From contig CM000152.2 in NCBI GenBank assembly GCA_000004695.1, positions 2,560,001 through 2,624,000 on the forward strand: a stretch of 64,000 nt of DNA, read 5' to 3'. This DNA comes from Dictyostelium discoideum (taxonomy: Eukaryota). Positions 43,148 through 59,585 of the stretch are shown here, piece by piece. Under the pieces are notes generated by a model, which was not told the origin of the DNA, made no database searches, and worked only from the letters and a program-made list of their open reading frames with translations. Within the stretch, counting starts at the first letter, position 1; every line of letters starts with the position of its first letter. A program made the translations under genes and the position numbers.

Positions 43148-43956
43148 CAAATAAAGCTGTACATTTTACAAGAACAAGATCTAGATCATTAAATATAACA
43201 AATACAAGTAGAAATTTAAAGGTTACATCATCTCCAATCATAGATAGTCAGGTATGCGCACCAAATAACAGTTATAATAGTTCAATTCAATCTTTAAATT
43301 CATTATCATCTACAAATAGTTTATCAATCAATACAAATACAAATACATCATCATCATTATCATTATCTTCAAATTCTTCAAATAATAGTTTATCAACTCT
43401 AACTAATACAACTACTACAACAACAACTACTACAACCACTAATACAACACAACAACAACAACCTATAAAAGGTAGAAAATCAAAATCAAGTAACGCATTA
43501 TTTAAATCATTAAGATCATCTTTAACAGGTTCTTCAAGTAGTAATAGTAATAGTGGTAAAAAGAGATCATCTTCAATATCCTCTAGTACAAATAGTTTAG
43601 ATATAAATAGCGCCAATAATAATAATAATAATAATAATAGTTTAAAAGTATCATCAAAGAAATCATCAAAAGGGGGTTCACCAAATTCAAGTACAGAATC
43701 ACTTCAATCTTTATCAACATCAGCATCAGCATCATCATTAACATCCACACCACCATTACCACCAAAAAGTAATGCTTTTTCAAAATCTCAAAATTCAAGT
43801 GCATCATCATTAAATAAACAAGTTATATCATCATTACCACCATTAGCACCAACATCAACATTAACAACAACAACAACAAATTTAGAAGTTTCAAAAGAAT
43901 CTTTAAAGCCATCATCAACACCAATTGATAATAATTCTGTAGCAGATTCATCCTAC

Positions 43957-44039
<83 letters not shown>

Positions 44040-44971
44040 TAATAATAATTTACTTGATAGATTAACAGATCAATTACATAGAGATCCTTTCTTTTATAAT
44101 ACAAATACAGCATACCAAGAAGAGAATATAATAGTTGAAGAGGTCGTAGTAAAAGAGGAAGAGAAATCATTACCTCCAAAGAAATTACCACCACCTTTAC
44201 CACCTAAAAACTTTAAACAAACAACAACCACCACCGCAACAACAACAACAACAACAACCACAACAATGAATCCACCATCACCAATAATTCAAAATGTAAA
44301 TAGAAATAATAGTAGTAGTAATAATAGTAGTAGACATGAATTATTGAGAAAATCATCAGGTATATTACCACCACAAACTGAACCAACCTATCCAAGTGAA
44401 ACAAGTTCAAAGAGATCATCAGTTGAGATTAAATATTTAGAAGAGAATCATAAATATCAAATATTTGATAGATTGGGTAGTGGAACATTTAGTGATGTTT
44501 ATTTATGTATTAATAAAGAGAATGGTAAACAATATGCAATGAAAATCATTGATAAATCATTAGTGACAATGATTGCACAACATACTGATATGAAAGTTGA
44601 GACAGAGGTAAACATACTGAAACAATCATTTCATCCTCACGTAATTCAAATCATTGATCATTTTGAAAGCGAACTTTATTATTACATTGTCACTGAATTA
44701 CTACAAGGTGGTGAACTCTTATATCAATTAGAAAAGAATCATCCCTCAACCAATGAAAACGTTTCAAACTACACTGAAGAACATGCTAGAAAAATCATTA
44801 AACAAGTCATTCAAGCTGTTGGATTCTTACATTCAAATAAAATTGTACATCGTGATCTTAAACCTGAAAATATCCTATTCCGAGATAAATCATTAGGTTC
44901 AATTTTAAAAATTATTGATTTTGGTTTAGCTTCATATGTTGATCATGATTGTAATTGTAATAATAATAATG

Positions 44972-45011
<40 letters not shown>

Positions 45012-45546
45012 AAATGGTGAAGTAATACAACCATCATCACCACCACCAACAAAATTAATTGATGTTTGTGGTACACCAGAATTTCAAGCACCAGAAATGG
45101 TAAAGAGATTAGGATATTCATATCCAGTTGATATTTGGTCAACTGGTATCATTTTATATATTTTATTATGTGGTCATCCACCATTTCAAGGAAAGAATAA
45201 TATGATAGTTATGAGTTTAATTATAAAGGGTGAATTAAATTTCGATTCAAGTGTTGGTTGGGATAATGTTTCAGAGTCTGCAAAGGATTTAATTAGAAAA
45301 ATGTTAAATCCTGATCCAGAGAAACGTTTAACAGCTCAACAAGTATTATTACACGAATGGATTACTACCTCTAGTGATGTTAATGGTTCCCCTCAATTGG
45401 GTGCTCCTTTATTCTATAAACAACTTAGAAGATATAATTCTCAACGTCACTTTGAAAAAATTGGTGATACTCTTTTAAAATCTCAAAGATTTATTTATAT
45501 GTCACCAGAAAAAGATTATTTAAAAAGAAGATCAATACAATTATAA
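42497..45546 (+). CDS. CAMK-like Ser/Thr protein kinase with an N-myristoylation signal and a long S/N/T-rich N-terminal region. Exons 42497-42528 and 42792-45546.
   Basis: A 32-nt first exon encodes [11 protein letters not shown] (Gly2, Ser6) and ends with donor GG|GTAATT. Acceptor atttag| at 42791 is in frame. Kinase motifs: [42 protein letters not shown] poly-N/D insertion lies between DFG and APE. Confidence 0.8.
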
Positions 45547-46275
45547 TTTTATTAAAATAAATAAATAAATTAATAAATAAAATTATTATTATTTTTATTA
45601 TTATTATTTTTTTTTTTTTTTTTTAAAAAATTACTAATTAATGTAGTTAAAAGAAATAAAAAAAAAAAAAAAAATAATAATAATATTAAAAATAAAATAA
45701 TAATAAAAAAATAAATATTTATACCGAATTGGTAAATTTTAATTCTTTTTTAAAGAAATTTGTTTTAAATGAATCATCTGGAATAAGTCTTCCTAGTATT
45801 GAAACCAATTATTTTTCACAATTTTTTATTTTTATTAGCTTTAGTTCATATGTTTACATTTGTTACAAATGATTATAACAATATAATTTGTCCATTCTCT
45901 CAATGTAAATCGTTTAATCTTGGTGTAATTAGACCAAATCTTAATAGAATGTCACTGATAAACCACAATTGTAACGGTAAATACGATATAGGTGGTCAGT
46001 TTGGTACAGCAAAAGATATACCACTCCAATTTACATTTATTATATCAATAGTAAGACTCCTCTCAATAAATAAAATAAATAAAATTAAATCAATTATTGT
46101 CAAAAAAAAAAAAAATAAAAAATGAAATCAAAAAAAAAAAAAAGTTTTTTTTTTTTTTTTTTAAAGAGCCAAATTAAATTTTAGTTTTATTTTTTTTTTT
46201 CGTTTTTTAGCTTTTTTTATTTTTTTTTTTTTATTTTTTTTTTTTTATTTAATATTTTTTCTCTGATTCATTAAA

Positions 46276-47998
46276 ATGATAAGAAATTTAATTTCAAATC
46301 AATTTAAATCAGTTTTAAATGAAATTAAAATTGGATCTCCAAATTTTTTAATTAAAAGTAATAATAATAATAATAATAATTATGCTCATACTTTATCAAA
46401 TTATTATATAAAATCATGTTTTTCAACAAGAATACTTAGTGATAAACAAAAATCCAAAATTAGAAATGAAAAGAAATTAAAAAGGGAAAAATTAAAATTT
46501 GAATATAATATTCCAACTCAAGAGAATAACAATCAAAATAATCAAAATAATGAAAATAATCAAAATAATGAAAATAATAATAATTTTTCATTTAGTGATC
46601 TTATAAATGGTGGTAAACCAATGTCATCAGAAGATATTAAAAATAAACTTAATATTATGACAGATAGTAAATCAACAGACTCAATGGATAGAAAGTATTT
46701 AAAAGAAGTTAATTCAATTAGTGAATTAAAATTAGAGAGACTTGTTTTAGAATTAAAGAATATTCCAAAAGCCTTCTTTAGAAATAAACAAAATCATTTA
46801 ATGTATATTAAATATTTAACAACAGTTACCAAAGGTATAATATTCACCAATATGGCAACATGGTATAAATTTAGAAGAATTGATTTCACCAATAATTACG
46901 GTACTGAATTATTAAAATTATATGGTGATGATCATATTCAAGCATTGATTTCAATATTCCCATCTTATAAATGGCAATTATGGAAATTTCCAACTTTAAA
47001 TCCATCATTTTGGAGTAATGATAAAAATGCAATTTCATATCTAACTTGGTTCATTAATAAAACAAAAGGTGATTCAAAGAAATTATCAAGTTGTTATGGT
47101 ATTACCAAAAAACATTTCACTCAAAACTATGGTCATCATTTATTAAAAATTAATCAAGATTCATTACCACATGTTTTTTTAAGATATTTCCCAGATTATG
47201 ATTGGAAAGTATGGTTATTTGATTCACATCCAGAGTAAATATTTTAAATTTATTTTATATACATATTATATATATATATCTATAATCTAACATTTTAAAT
47301 TAAAAAAAAAAAGAGGATATTTAAAAAAATATTTTTCAGAGAAAAAGAATGTTAAAAATTATTTATTGTGGTTAGGATTTAAAATCTTGGGTTATAAAAG
47401 TTATGAAGATTTTTATAAATTAGGATTGGGTGATTTAAAAAGAAATTATGGTTTAATTGCTATTTCAAATAGCAAGTATAAATCATCAATTCAAAAGTTT
47501 GTTTCATCAACTTTAGATGAAGAATTTAAATGGGAAATATGGAGATTCAGAGTAATTCCAAGACATCGTAGAAACTTTGGAATCTTAAATGAATACATTA
47601 ATCATTTATATAAATTATTAAATTGTTCAACACCAGAAGAATTAATTCAAATAGTTGATTCTAAATTAAATGAAGATCCAACTACTGATATAATTAAAAT
47701 TACAGGTGGTAAAGATATTTTAAATGAATTTGGTGGTTCACTTAAATCATCTTTTGAAAAAATAGAGAATAAAGAAAGACAAGAAGAAGAAGAAGAAGAA
47801 GAAGAAGAAGAAGAAGAAGATGATGATGAAAAAGATTATGAATTTGATGATCTCTTTGAAATTGATCAAAAAGATGAACATATCAAAGAATATGAAAAAG
47901 ATTTAAAGGATGAATCATCATCTTCACCATATAAAACTGATAAGTTGTACTTTAAACCAAAAAAAACAACAAATACAAAATATAATAAAAAAAAATAA
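46276..47998 (+). CDS. Hypothetical protein with three tandem ~50-aa internal repeats (..NYG..L...FP.Y.W..W.F) and an acidic poly-E tail. Exons 46276-47234 and 47314-47998.
   Basis: Repeat units FTNNYGTELLKLYGDDHIQALISIFPSYKWQLWKF, FTQNYGHHLLKINQDSLPHVFLRYFPDYDWKVWLF and LKRNYGLIAISNSKYKSSIQKFVSSTLDEEFKWEIWRF. Donor GA|GTAAAT at 47235 and acceptor aaaaag| at 47313 keep the repeat spacing. The second ORF lacks its own ATG. Confidence 0.55.
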
Positions 47999-48265
47999 AC
48001 AAAATAAATAAATAAAAGAAGAATTTAATAAACTAAAAAAAAAAATATGTTTATTATTTATAAAAAAAAAAAAAAAGAAAAAGTGAAAAAAAAAGATTTT
48101 TATAAAAAAAAAAAATTTTGTTCTTATAAAATAATATTATTATTATTATTATTATTATTTTTGGTATCGGAGTGCGTTATAATTGAGTTCTTTATACATG
48201 TTGGTGTTTGGGTTTTTTTTTTTTTTTTTTTTTTTTTTTTGTTTCTCTTTCTTTCTTTCTTTCTT

Positions 48266-48481
48266 TTAAAAGTCATCAATATTCAAAATTGAATCTATAG
48301 TGAGACCACTTTCTGTCATAATTCTTCTCTTTAACTGTTCTTCTTCTTCTTTTTTTATCTTTTCTAATGCTGCTGCTTTTGTAATTTCATCCCATGATAT
48401 TTTTTTTAATTTCTTTTCTTGTACTTCTTTATCTGGATCCTATAATTATTATTATTAATAAATAATAAATATTAATTAAAC

Positions 48482-48546
<65 letters not shown>

Positions 48547-48922
48547 TGGAAAAATGGTCACAATGATCTTGGGAGGGGATCTTATACATACAATTTCACC
48601 TAAAATGACAACATTATCACCTCTAATAAAGAAAAGACCGAGATTTTTGTCACTATAGCAATCACCAACATAAATTCTTTCAATTGTATCTTGTAATACT
48701 ATATTTGCAAATTGATCAAAAGTTCTCATTATTCCAATAAATTTTCTGCCGTCTCTCAAGACAACAATTAATTTTTCTGTTATTTATTTAAATTTAAAAA
48801 TAAAATTTTCATTAGAATTGATTGAATAATATGTGTGTAGGTATATATGTGTATATGTCAATTTTTTTTTTTTTATTCATTTTTAACTTACTATCTACTT
48901 CATCACCTAAACCAGAGCTCAT
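48266..48922 (-). CDS. lsm1: LSM1 (Sm-like protein of the cytoplasmic Lsm1-7 mRNA decay complex). Exons 48892-48922, 48592-48776, 48266-48439.
   Basis: [10 protein letters not shown]|[54 protein letters not shown]|[10 protein letters not shown].. (compare human [53 protein letters not shown]). Donors GTAAGT and GTATGT. Intron 2 is mostly (ATT)n. Confidence 0.8.
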
Positions 48923-48984
48923 TTTTTTTTCCAAAATATATCTTAATAAACTTCAGTGAAAAATTAAAAGAAATTATAAAAAAA

Positions 48985-49031
<47 letters not shown>

Positions 49032-49183
49032 TTGACTTTCAGAAAAAAAAAAGGGAAAACAAAACCTTGGTTATTTTTAAAAAGTGTGGTAATGTTTAAA
49101 AAAAAAAAAAAAACTCTTTCATTGAATCCAATTAATTATTGTCTAATAGAAAATAAAAAAACTATTATTTAATTTTAAATAAT

Positions 49184-49214
<31 letters not shown>

Positions 49215-49362
49215 GGAGGTATGATTGATCACAATAAAAAAAACAATCAGAAACTGTGATCCTGAAAAAAAATAAAAAATAAATTAAAAAAAAAATAAAA
49301 AAAAAATAAATAAAAAATAAAATAAAAAAAAAAATAAAAAAAAATAAAATAAAATAACAGTA

Positions 49363-49402
<40 letters not shown>

Positions 49403-49522
49403 AAAAATTAATTAAAAGAAACGTTTTTCCAAAAATCTTTAGAACCCCATTTCACGCACAAACACAACACACACAATAAAACCTAAAGTATTCATATAAT
49501 AAAATTTAATAATTAAAAAATT

Positions 49523-49564
<42 letters not shown>

Positions 49565-49747
49565 CTATTTATTCCATCTTTTCATTTTCATTTTCATTTT
49601 CATTTATTCATTTTTTTAAAAAAAAAAAAAAAATAATAATAATTTATTCAACAACACACACACACACACCAAATAGATAAATATTTATCACCACATATTA
49701 AAAATAATTCATTCCTAAATATCTAAAGTAAAAAAAAAAAAAAAAAT

Positions 49748-53314
<3,567 letters not shown>

Positions 53315-53640
53315 GGTGACACAAAAAAATAATTTTTTTATTTTATTTTTTTTTTATTTTTTTATTTTTTTTTTACTGTTATGTAAAATAAAAACTGGTG
53401 AAATGTTCAATTTTTTTTTTCTCCGACTTTAATGATGGGAAATTGGTGTTTTTTATCGAAAGTGGAAAAAAGATATTTTTTTTTTAAAAAATTAAAAAAT
53501 TCTTTTCAATTTTTTGTGGGACCTTCCTAAAAATAAAAAAATCTTCTAAGATCTTTTTTAATAAATAAATATCTTTATTTACATTTTTTCCCACCCATTT
53601 AAATTCTTTATTTTATTTTTATTTTTTTTTTCTCTTTTTT

Positions 53641-53672
<32 letters not shown>

Positions 53673-53813
53673 CCTCTACTTTTTATTTTATTTTATTGTA
53701 TTTTTACGTTTTCTTCTACTTTTTATTTTATTTTATTTTATTTTTTTTTAATTATTTATTTATTTATTTATTTTTATAATTTGCATATTTTTTTTTTTTT
53801 AAAAAAAAAAAAA

Positions 53814-56800
53814 ATGGGATCCCAAAAGATTTTCTTGATTTTGTTTACAATTTTATTGTGTTTGAGAACTATAAAATCTATTTCAGTTGAAGAATGTAAT
53901 TATTTTTTTTTTTAATATTTAAAAAAAAAAAGGAGTTATAAATATTAATATTATGTTTAGCAAATTGTATTAGTTTTTTAGCCAACCAACTTGGAATAAA
54001 TTTTTTTACCTCAATAAATTCTTCAAGCCAAATTCAATATTGTTATTATACATCTTATATTACATGTGACTCTAATGAGAGTATAACTGAATTAAATCTA
54101 TCTCAAAATTCATCTTCTAATATAATAGGTTCAGACCTATTTTTATGTTTTCCAAATTTAAATTCATTGTTTGTATTTATTTTTTATTTTTAATTTTATT
54201 TTTATTTTTTATTTTTATTTTTATTTTTTATTTTTATTTTTTTTTTATTTTTGCTTTTTTTTATTTTTTTTTTTTATCTTTTATCAATTTATTAATTTTG
54301 TGTTTTCAAATAGATATCTTAAAAAAGTAATACTCAATAGTGATATTTTATATACATTACCTTCAACTGTAAAGAAATTACATTTGGAAAGATGCACTGG
54401 TTTAACCAATGTAACTCAAAAATTACCGCCATATGATTATTTGTATGTATTGTTGAAAAAATAAAAAAAAAAAAAAGAAAAAGTGTTTTTTTTTACTAAT
54501 TATTTAAATATTAGAGAGATAATTACCTTTTCATCAGATACTTTCATATTTTATATGTCATGGATTCAAAATATTAAAGAGTTTTATTTTTATAATGTTG
54601 AATTTCCATATACTTTAAATACAACTTTTGTTACAGATTTTGAAAATATTGAAAATTATACCAGACTAGATTACATGGGCTTCTCAACAAATGAAATACC
54701 TGATCTTACTGGTTTTTCATGTGGTGTGTAAGTAAACAAATTATTTAATAAATAAAAATAATAATAGTTTGTTATTGATAAAAATAATAATAATAATAAA
54801 AATAAAAATATAGTGATATGCTTTTAGGTTTTGCTTTTAAAAGTTCATTTGAAAAATTATTAACATTTAGTGGTGTTAAAGATATGATGATTTGGTACTA
54901 TACAAGACCAATAGATATACCAACACAATTATTACAATTAAGTGGAATGCAAAATTTGTAAGTTGTAACTATATTTTCTAAAATTTAACAATAATAATTT
55001 AAAATTTTACTGATTCTTTTTAATGATAAAGGCAAATTAATATAAATTTTAAAGTACCATCTTATCAATATGATTTCTCAAATTTAACATCATTATCAAT
55101 GCTTCAACTTATGGATAAATCAACCAATACAAATAACTTGGGAAGAAATGGTTTACCAATTTCAAAATTACCACCAAATTTAAAAGAATTTTATTATGCA
55201 GGAATTTTAAAGAAATCACCATCAATGGAAATTTTTAAAGATGTTAAAATTGTTGATTTCTCATTATGTGAAATAAATGATACATTAAAAGATGTTTTCT
55301 TACCAACAACTTATTCAACAAATAATTTGTAACTATTTTCATTCATTAAATTATTTTTTACTTTTATTTTTTTTTAAACAGTTACTAATAGTTGTTTTTA
55401 TTTTTATATATATTATATTAATAGATATTTTGAAAACAATAAATTATATGGTTTAATTCCTCAATCATACTGTAATGTAATTACAGATTTTAGCGATAAT
55501 ACTTTAACTGGTGAAATTCCAAAGTAATTATTTTCTTTTTTATAAAAAATATTAGAATTAATTTATATATAGAAAAAAAAAAAAAAAAAAACTAACAATT
55601 TTTTAAAATAATTATAGTTGTTTCACGTGTTATTTTAATGATACTGATTCTTTAGTGAAAAATAAATTTGCAAATAATAAATTCACAAATTATGCGACCC
55701 AAGGTCCTTGTAGTATGTATTTTTAAAATATAATAATTTTTAAAATTTTAATTTTATATATATACTAACTATAATTTAATTTTTAGCAACAATGAAACCA
55801 AATTTATTAGTTAATGCTACAACTTTAATATTATATGGTGAATCTTTAGGTTTTAATGGTAGACTTATAAAAACAAATGCAACAGGTTCAACAACTTTTA
55901 CAATGATACAACCAAGTAGTTATTTTACATTAAATTTAAGAACAACAAATATATTTGCAAAAGGTGCAAGATCATTAATACTCACTTGGACAGTTGGTAG
56001 CGAAATTAGAAAATTCACATTACCAATTGTTAAACAAGCACCTGTACCTGCAAATATTACTTACAGTGGTATTGCATCGAATCAAGTCGAAATAAATGGT
56101 GAATTCTTTACATACAACATTACAGATGTTTCGGTTTTAGTAAGTGGTAATGATTGTCTTGTAACTTATACAACATTCAACCAAATCAAATGTACATTAA
56201 CAAAAGGTTTAAATGAAAGTATTGTATTACCAGTTGATTTTATTTTTGTTGACATTATTGTAGGTGGAAACAAAACAAGTGTTTATGTTAGATTACAAGA
56301 AACATCATATATAAACAATAAAAAGTGTAACCCTGAACTATGTACTTCCAATACATATTGTAATTTAAATGATGGAATTTGCTATCCACATTTAGATTGT
56401 ATTTCAGATTGTACAATAAACAATGCAGTTTGTAATCATGTTAGTGGGTTGTGTGATTGTAGGAATAATTGTAGTAATGCAGGTTTATGCAATGGTGTAG
56501 ATGGTACTTGTTCGTGTAATTCTGGTAGATTATTCAACGATTGCAGTGGTATTCAATGTACAGGTACACCAATTTGTTCAAATCATGGTACTTGTGATAC
56601 CTCAAACGGAAAATGTAAATGTGAATCAATTATATGGGTTGGCAATGCATGTCAAGATACTCAACATTATGTAAATGCAATTACACCATCAAATGAAAAT
56701 GGTGGTAAAGTTTTATTATTTGGTTGGTTTGGTTCAACTCATTCAAATGCATCAGTAATAATTGGCTCACAAGAATGTAATATAACTTCAATAAATCAAA

Positions 56801-58034
56801 CTGTAATAGAATGTGATATTGGTCATGGAAAAGGAATAGTACCAACATATGTTTCCCAAAATTCTTTGGAGTGGTCAAGTCAGACAATGTATAAATATTT
56901 ATCAATACAATTGAAATGTCCAAATGATTGTACAAGTAATTTAAATGGTAATTGTGATACAACTAAAGGTGTTTGTGTTTGTATTGGTAACTTTACAGGT
57001 ATTGATTGTGGTTCATATCCAACTAGTAATCCATCAGATGGAAGTGGAAGTGGACCAAAAACAAATACAACAGTGGATGATAATACTGGTAGTGGTTCAA
57101 TTAACAATGGTAATGTAGATTACCAAGTATCAATCACTTCACTATTAGAAATTGGATTTGATGGTAGCACAATTAAAGAATACAACCTAACTAAATTATG
57201 GGAAAAGCCAAGCAATATTAACAATCCAAACCCTAATATACATACTTTTACACAAACAATTGAAGGTAATTGTACAATCACTTCAACAATTGAAGAAGTT
57301 TCAAAAGATAAAGAATTTTCATTTGCTGGTATTGACTTTACAGTTTCAGGAGGTTCATTAAAATTATCAGTTCAAATTTTAAATTATCCATATAGTTCAA
57401 CATTAAATACATTACAACTAAGAATGAAATCATCAGCTTTAAATTATTCAACACCAAAATGTGGTAGTACTCAAGATGATGAAAAAGTTTCAATAGATTC
57501 AAATGGATTCACAAATGAAAATGATAATTTAAACTATTTAACAATCACAAAGAATAATAGAAAACTTTATGGTCGTTTCCTTTCAAAAATGTTATCAGAT
57601 GGTAGATCAACATTTACAACAAGTAACATCATTTCAACAACTGATGTCGATGTTACTGTTGCATTAAATTTACCACATTGCGATATCTGTTTATTAGATC
57701 CTGGTAAGTTTAATTTTTATAATTGATTTTTACATTTTTTTTTTTTTTTTTTTTTTCTTTTATTCCCTCAAATAACTGACTTTTTTTTTTTTTCATTTCC
57801 AAATCAGATTTTTCAATTCTTTTAAATTCAAATGTAAAAGATAATGAAGAAACATGTGAAGATGAAACTAAAGATACAAAAATATCAACCACAACAATTA
57901 TTGCGATCTGTGTATCAGTGGGGGGTGCTGCAATTATAGGTGCTGCTGGTTATCTTTTGTATAGAAAAAAAATTGTTGAAGTTTTACCATCTTCAATGTC
58001 AAATTCAAAATTAAGAAAACTAAATGCAAAATAG
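53814..58034 (+). CDS. Type I membrane receptor-like protein, paralog A: signal peptide, plant-type LRRs, IPT/TIG-like beta domains, a Cys-rich EGF-like cluster, a TM helix and a short cytoplasmic tail. Ten exons: 53814-53895, 53961-54168, 54314-54442, 54515-54727, 54814-54957, 55032-55328, 55425-55523, 55618-55712, 55787-57703, 57808-58034.
   Basis: Exon 1 MGSQKIFLILFTILLCLRTIKS. LRR text LYGLIPQSYCNVITDFSDNTLTGEIP and LPISKLPPNLKEFYY. Large exon with CNPELCTSNTYCNLNDGICYPHLDC..CSNAGLCNGVDGTCSC..CSNHGTCDTSNGKCKC. TM AICVSVGGAAIIGAAGYLLY. Every exon phase matches paralog B. Confidence 0.75.
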
Positions 58035-58419
58035 TAACTCAATGTATTAATAATTTAATAAACTTTATAAAAATAAAAAATTAAAAATTTGTTAAGGGTT
58101 TTTAAATGATTCTTTTTTTTTTTTTTTTGTTTGGTGATATGTTTTTTTTTATTCTAAAAAAAAAAAAAAGTTGCAAGATATTTTTTTATTTTTCCTGAAA
58201 AGTTGAAAGATTTTTTTTTTTTTTTTTTTTTTTTTTGATAAAAATTGATGAATTTTTAGATCATCTTTTTATAAAAATATCCATTTTTCTAAGTCTCGAA
58301 AAAAAAAGTTTGTAATTATGTAAATGTTGATTGCATTCTTTGATTTTTTTATTTTTTTTTTTTATTTTTTAAATATTAAGTTTTTTAATATTAAATTAAC
58401 CTATTCATTTATTTATTTT

Positions 58420-58432
58420 TTTATTTAAATAT

Positions 58433-58483
<51 letters not shown>

Positions 58484-58494
58484 TATTAATTGAA

Positions 58495-58545
<51 letters not shown>
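58420..58545. repeat. (TATT)n/(ATTT)n repeat followed by an A45 homopolymer abutting the ATG of receptor paralog B
   Basis: The repeat atttatttatttattt.. spans 58420-58490. An A-run spans 58501-58544, immediately 5' of the start codon. Confidence 0.8.
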
Positions 58546-58548
<3 letters not shown>

Positions 58549-59487
58549 AAATTTTCAAAGATTTTCTCTATTTTCATTTTAATTCTTTTATGCATTGGTA
58601 CTTTAAAATCAATTTCCATAGATGAATGTAAGTAAATAATTTTTATTTTTTTATTATAATTTTTAAAAAAAAAACTAATTATTTATTATAATATAGATAA
58701 TTGTTTGGGTTTAGTTCTAACCCAATTTGGAATGAATAATTTTATTCCAAATAGGGTCAATGCTACTGGACAAATCGAATATTGTCTTCCTTTTAACATA
58801 ATTACCTGTGACACAAATGAAAGTGTAATAGGTTTGAATTTATTTCAATTTCTTACATATGGCGTTATAAGTGCAAGTTCTTTCACATGCTTTCCAAATT
58901 TAAAATCATTGTAATTTTTTTTTTTTTATATATTTTTTTTTTATTTTTTATTTCTTATTAATTTCCATTTTTTTTTTCAGATCACTTCAACAAACAATAC
59001 TTAGTCCAGATTTTTTTTATACTCTACCTTCAACATTAAAAAGTTTAGATTTAGATGGTTGTTCTGGTGCTACAAAAATAACATCAAAACTTCCTCCATT
59101 TGACTATTTGTGTGTATAAAAAAAAATATATATATACATAAAAAAAAATCCAATTTTTTACTAATCTTAATACTATTATTTTATTTTGTTTTAATTTGTT
59201 TTATTTTATTATATTTAGCAAAGTTATTTCTATTTCTTCAGATACATTCACTGTTTATTTATCATGGATTCAAAATATTAAATATTTTCATTTTTCAAAT
59301 TATGATTCCAATTATCCAACTATGAATTCAACATATATAACAGATAATGAAAACATTGAAAACTATACAACAATTGAAATTTTTAAATTTTCAACCAATT
59401 TAATACCGGATATTACTGACTTCTCATTTTCATTGGTGTATGAAAAAATAATATTATATTATAAACTATTATTAATATTATTATTAA

Positions 59488-59585
<98 letters not shown>

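Noticed and set aside
45799-46125. 108-aa ORF between the kinase and the repeat-protein gene
   Set aside because: It starts only at an alternative TTG codon, is hydrophobic and low-complexity, and has no homology or splice support. It may be intergenic.
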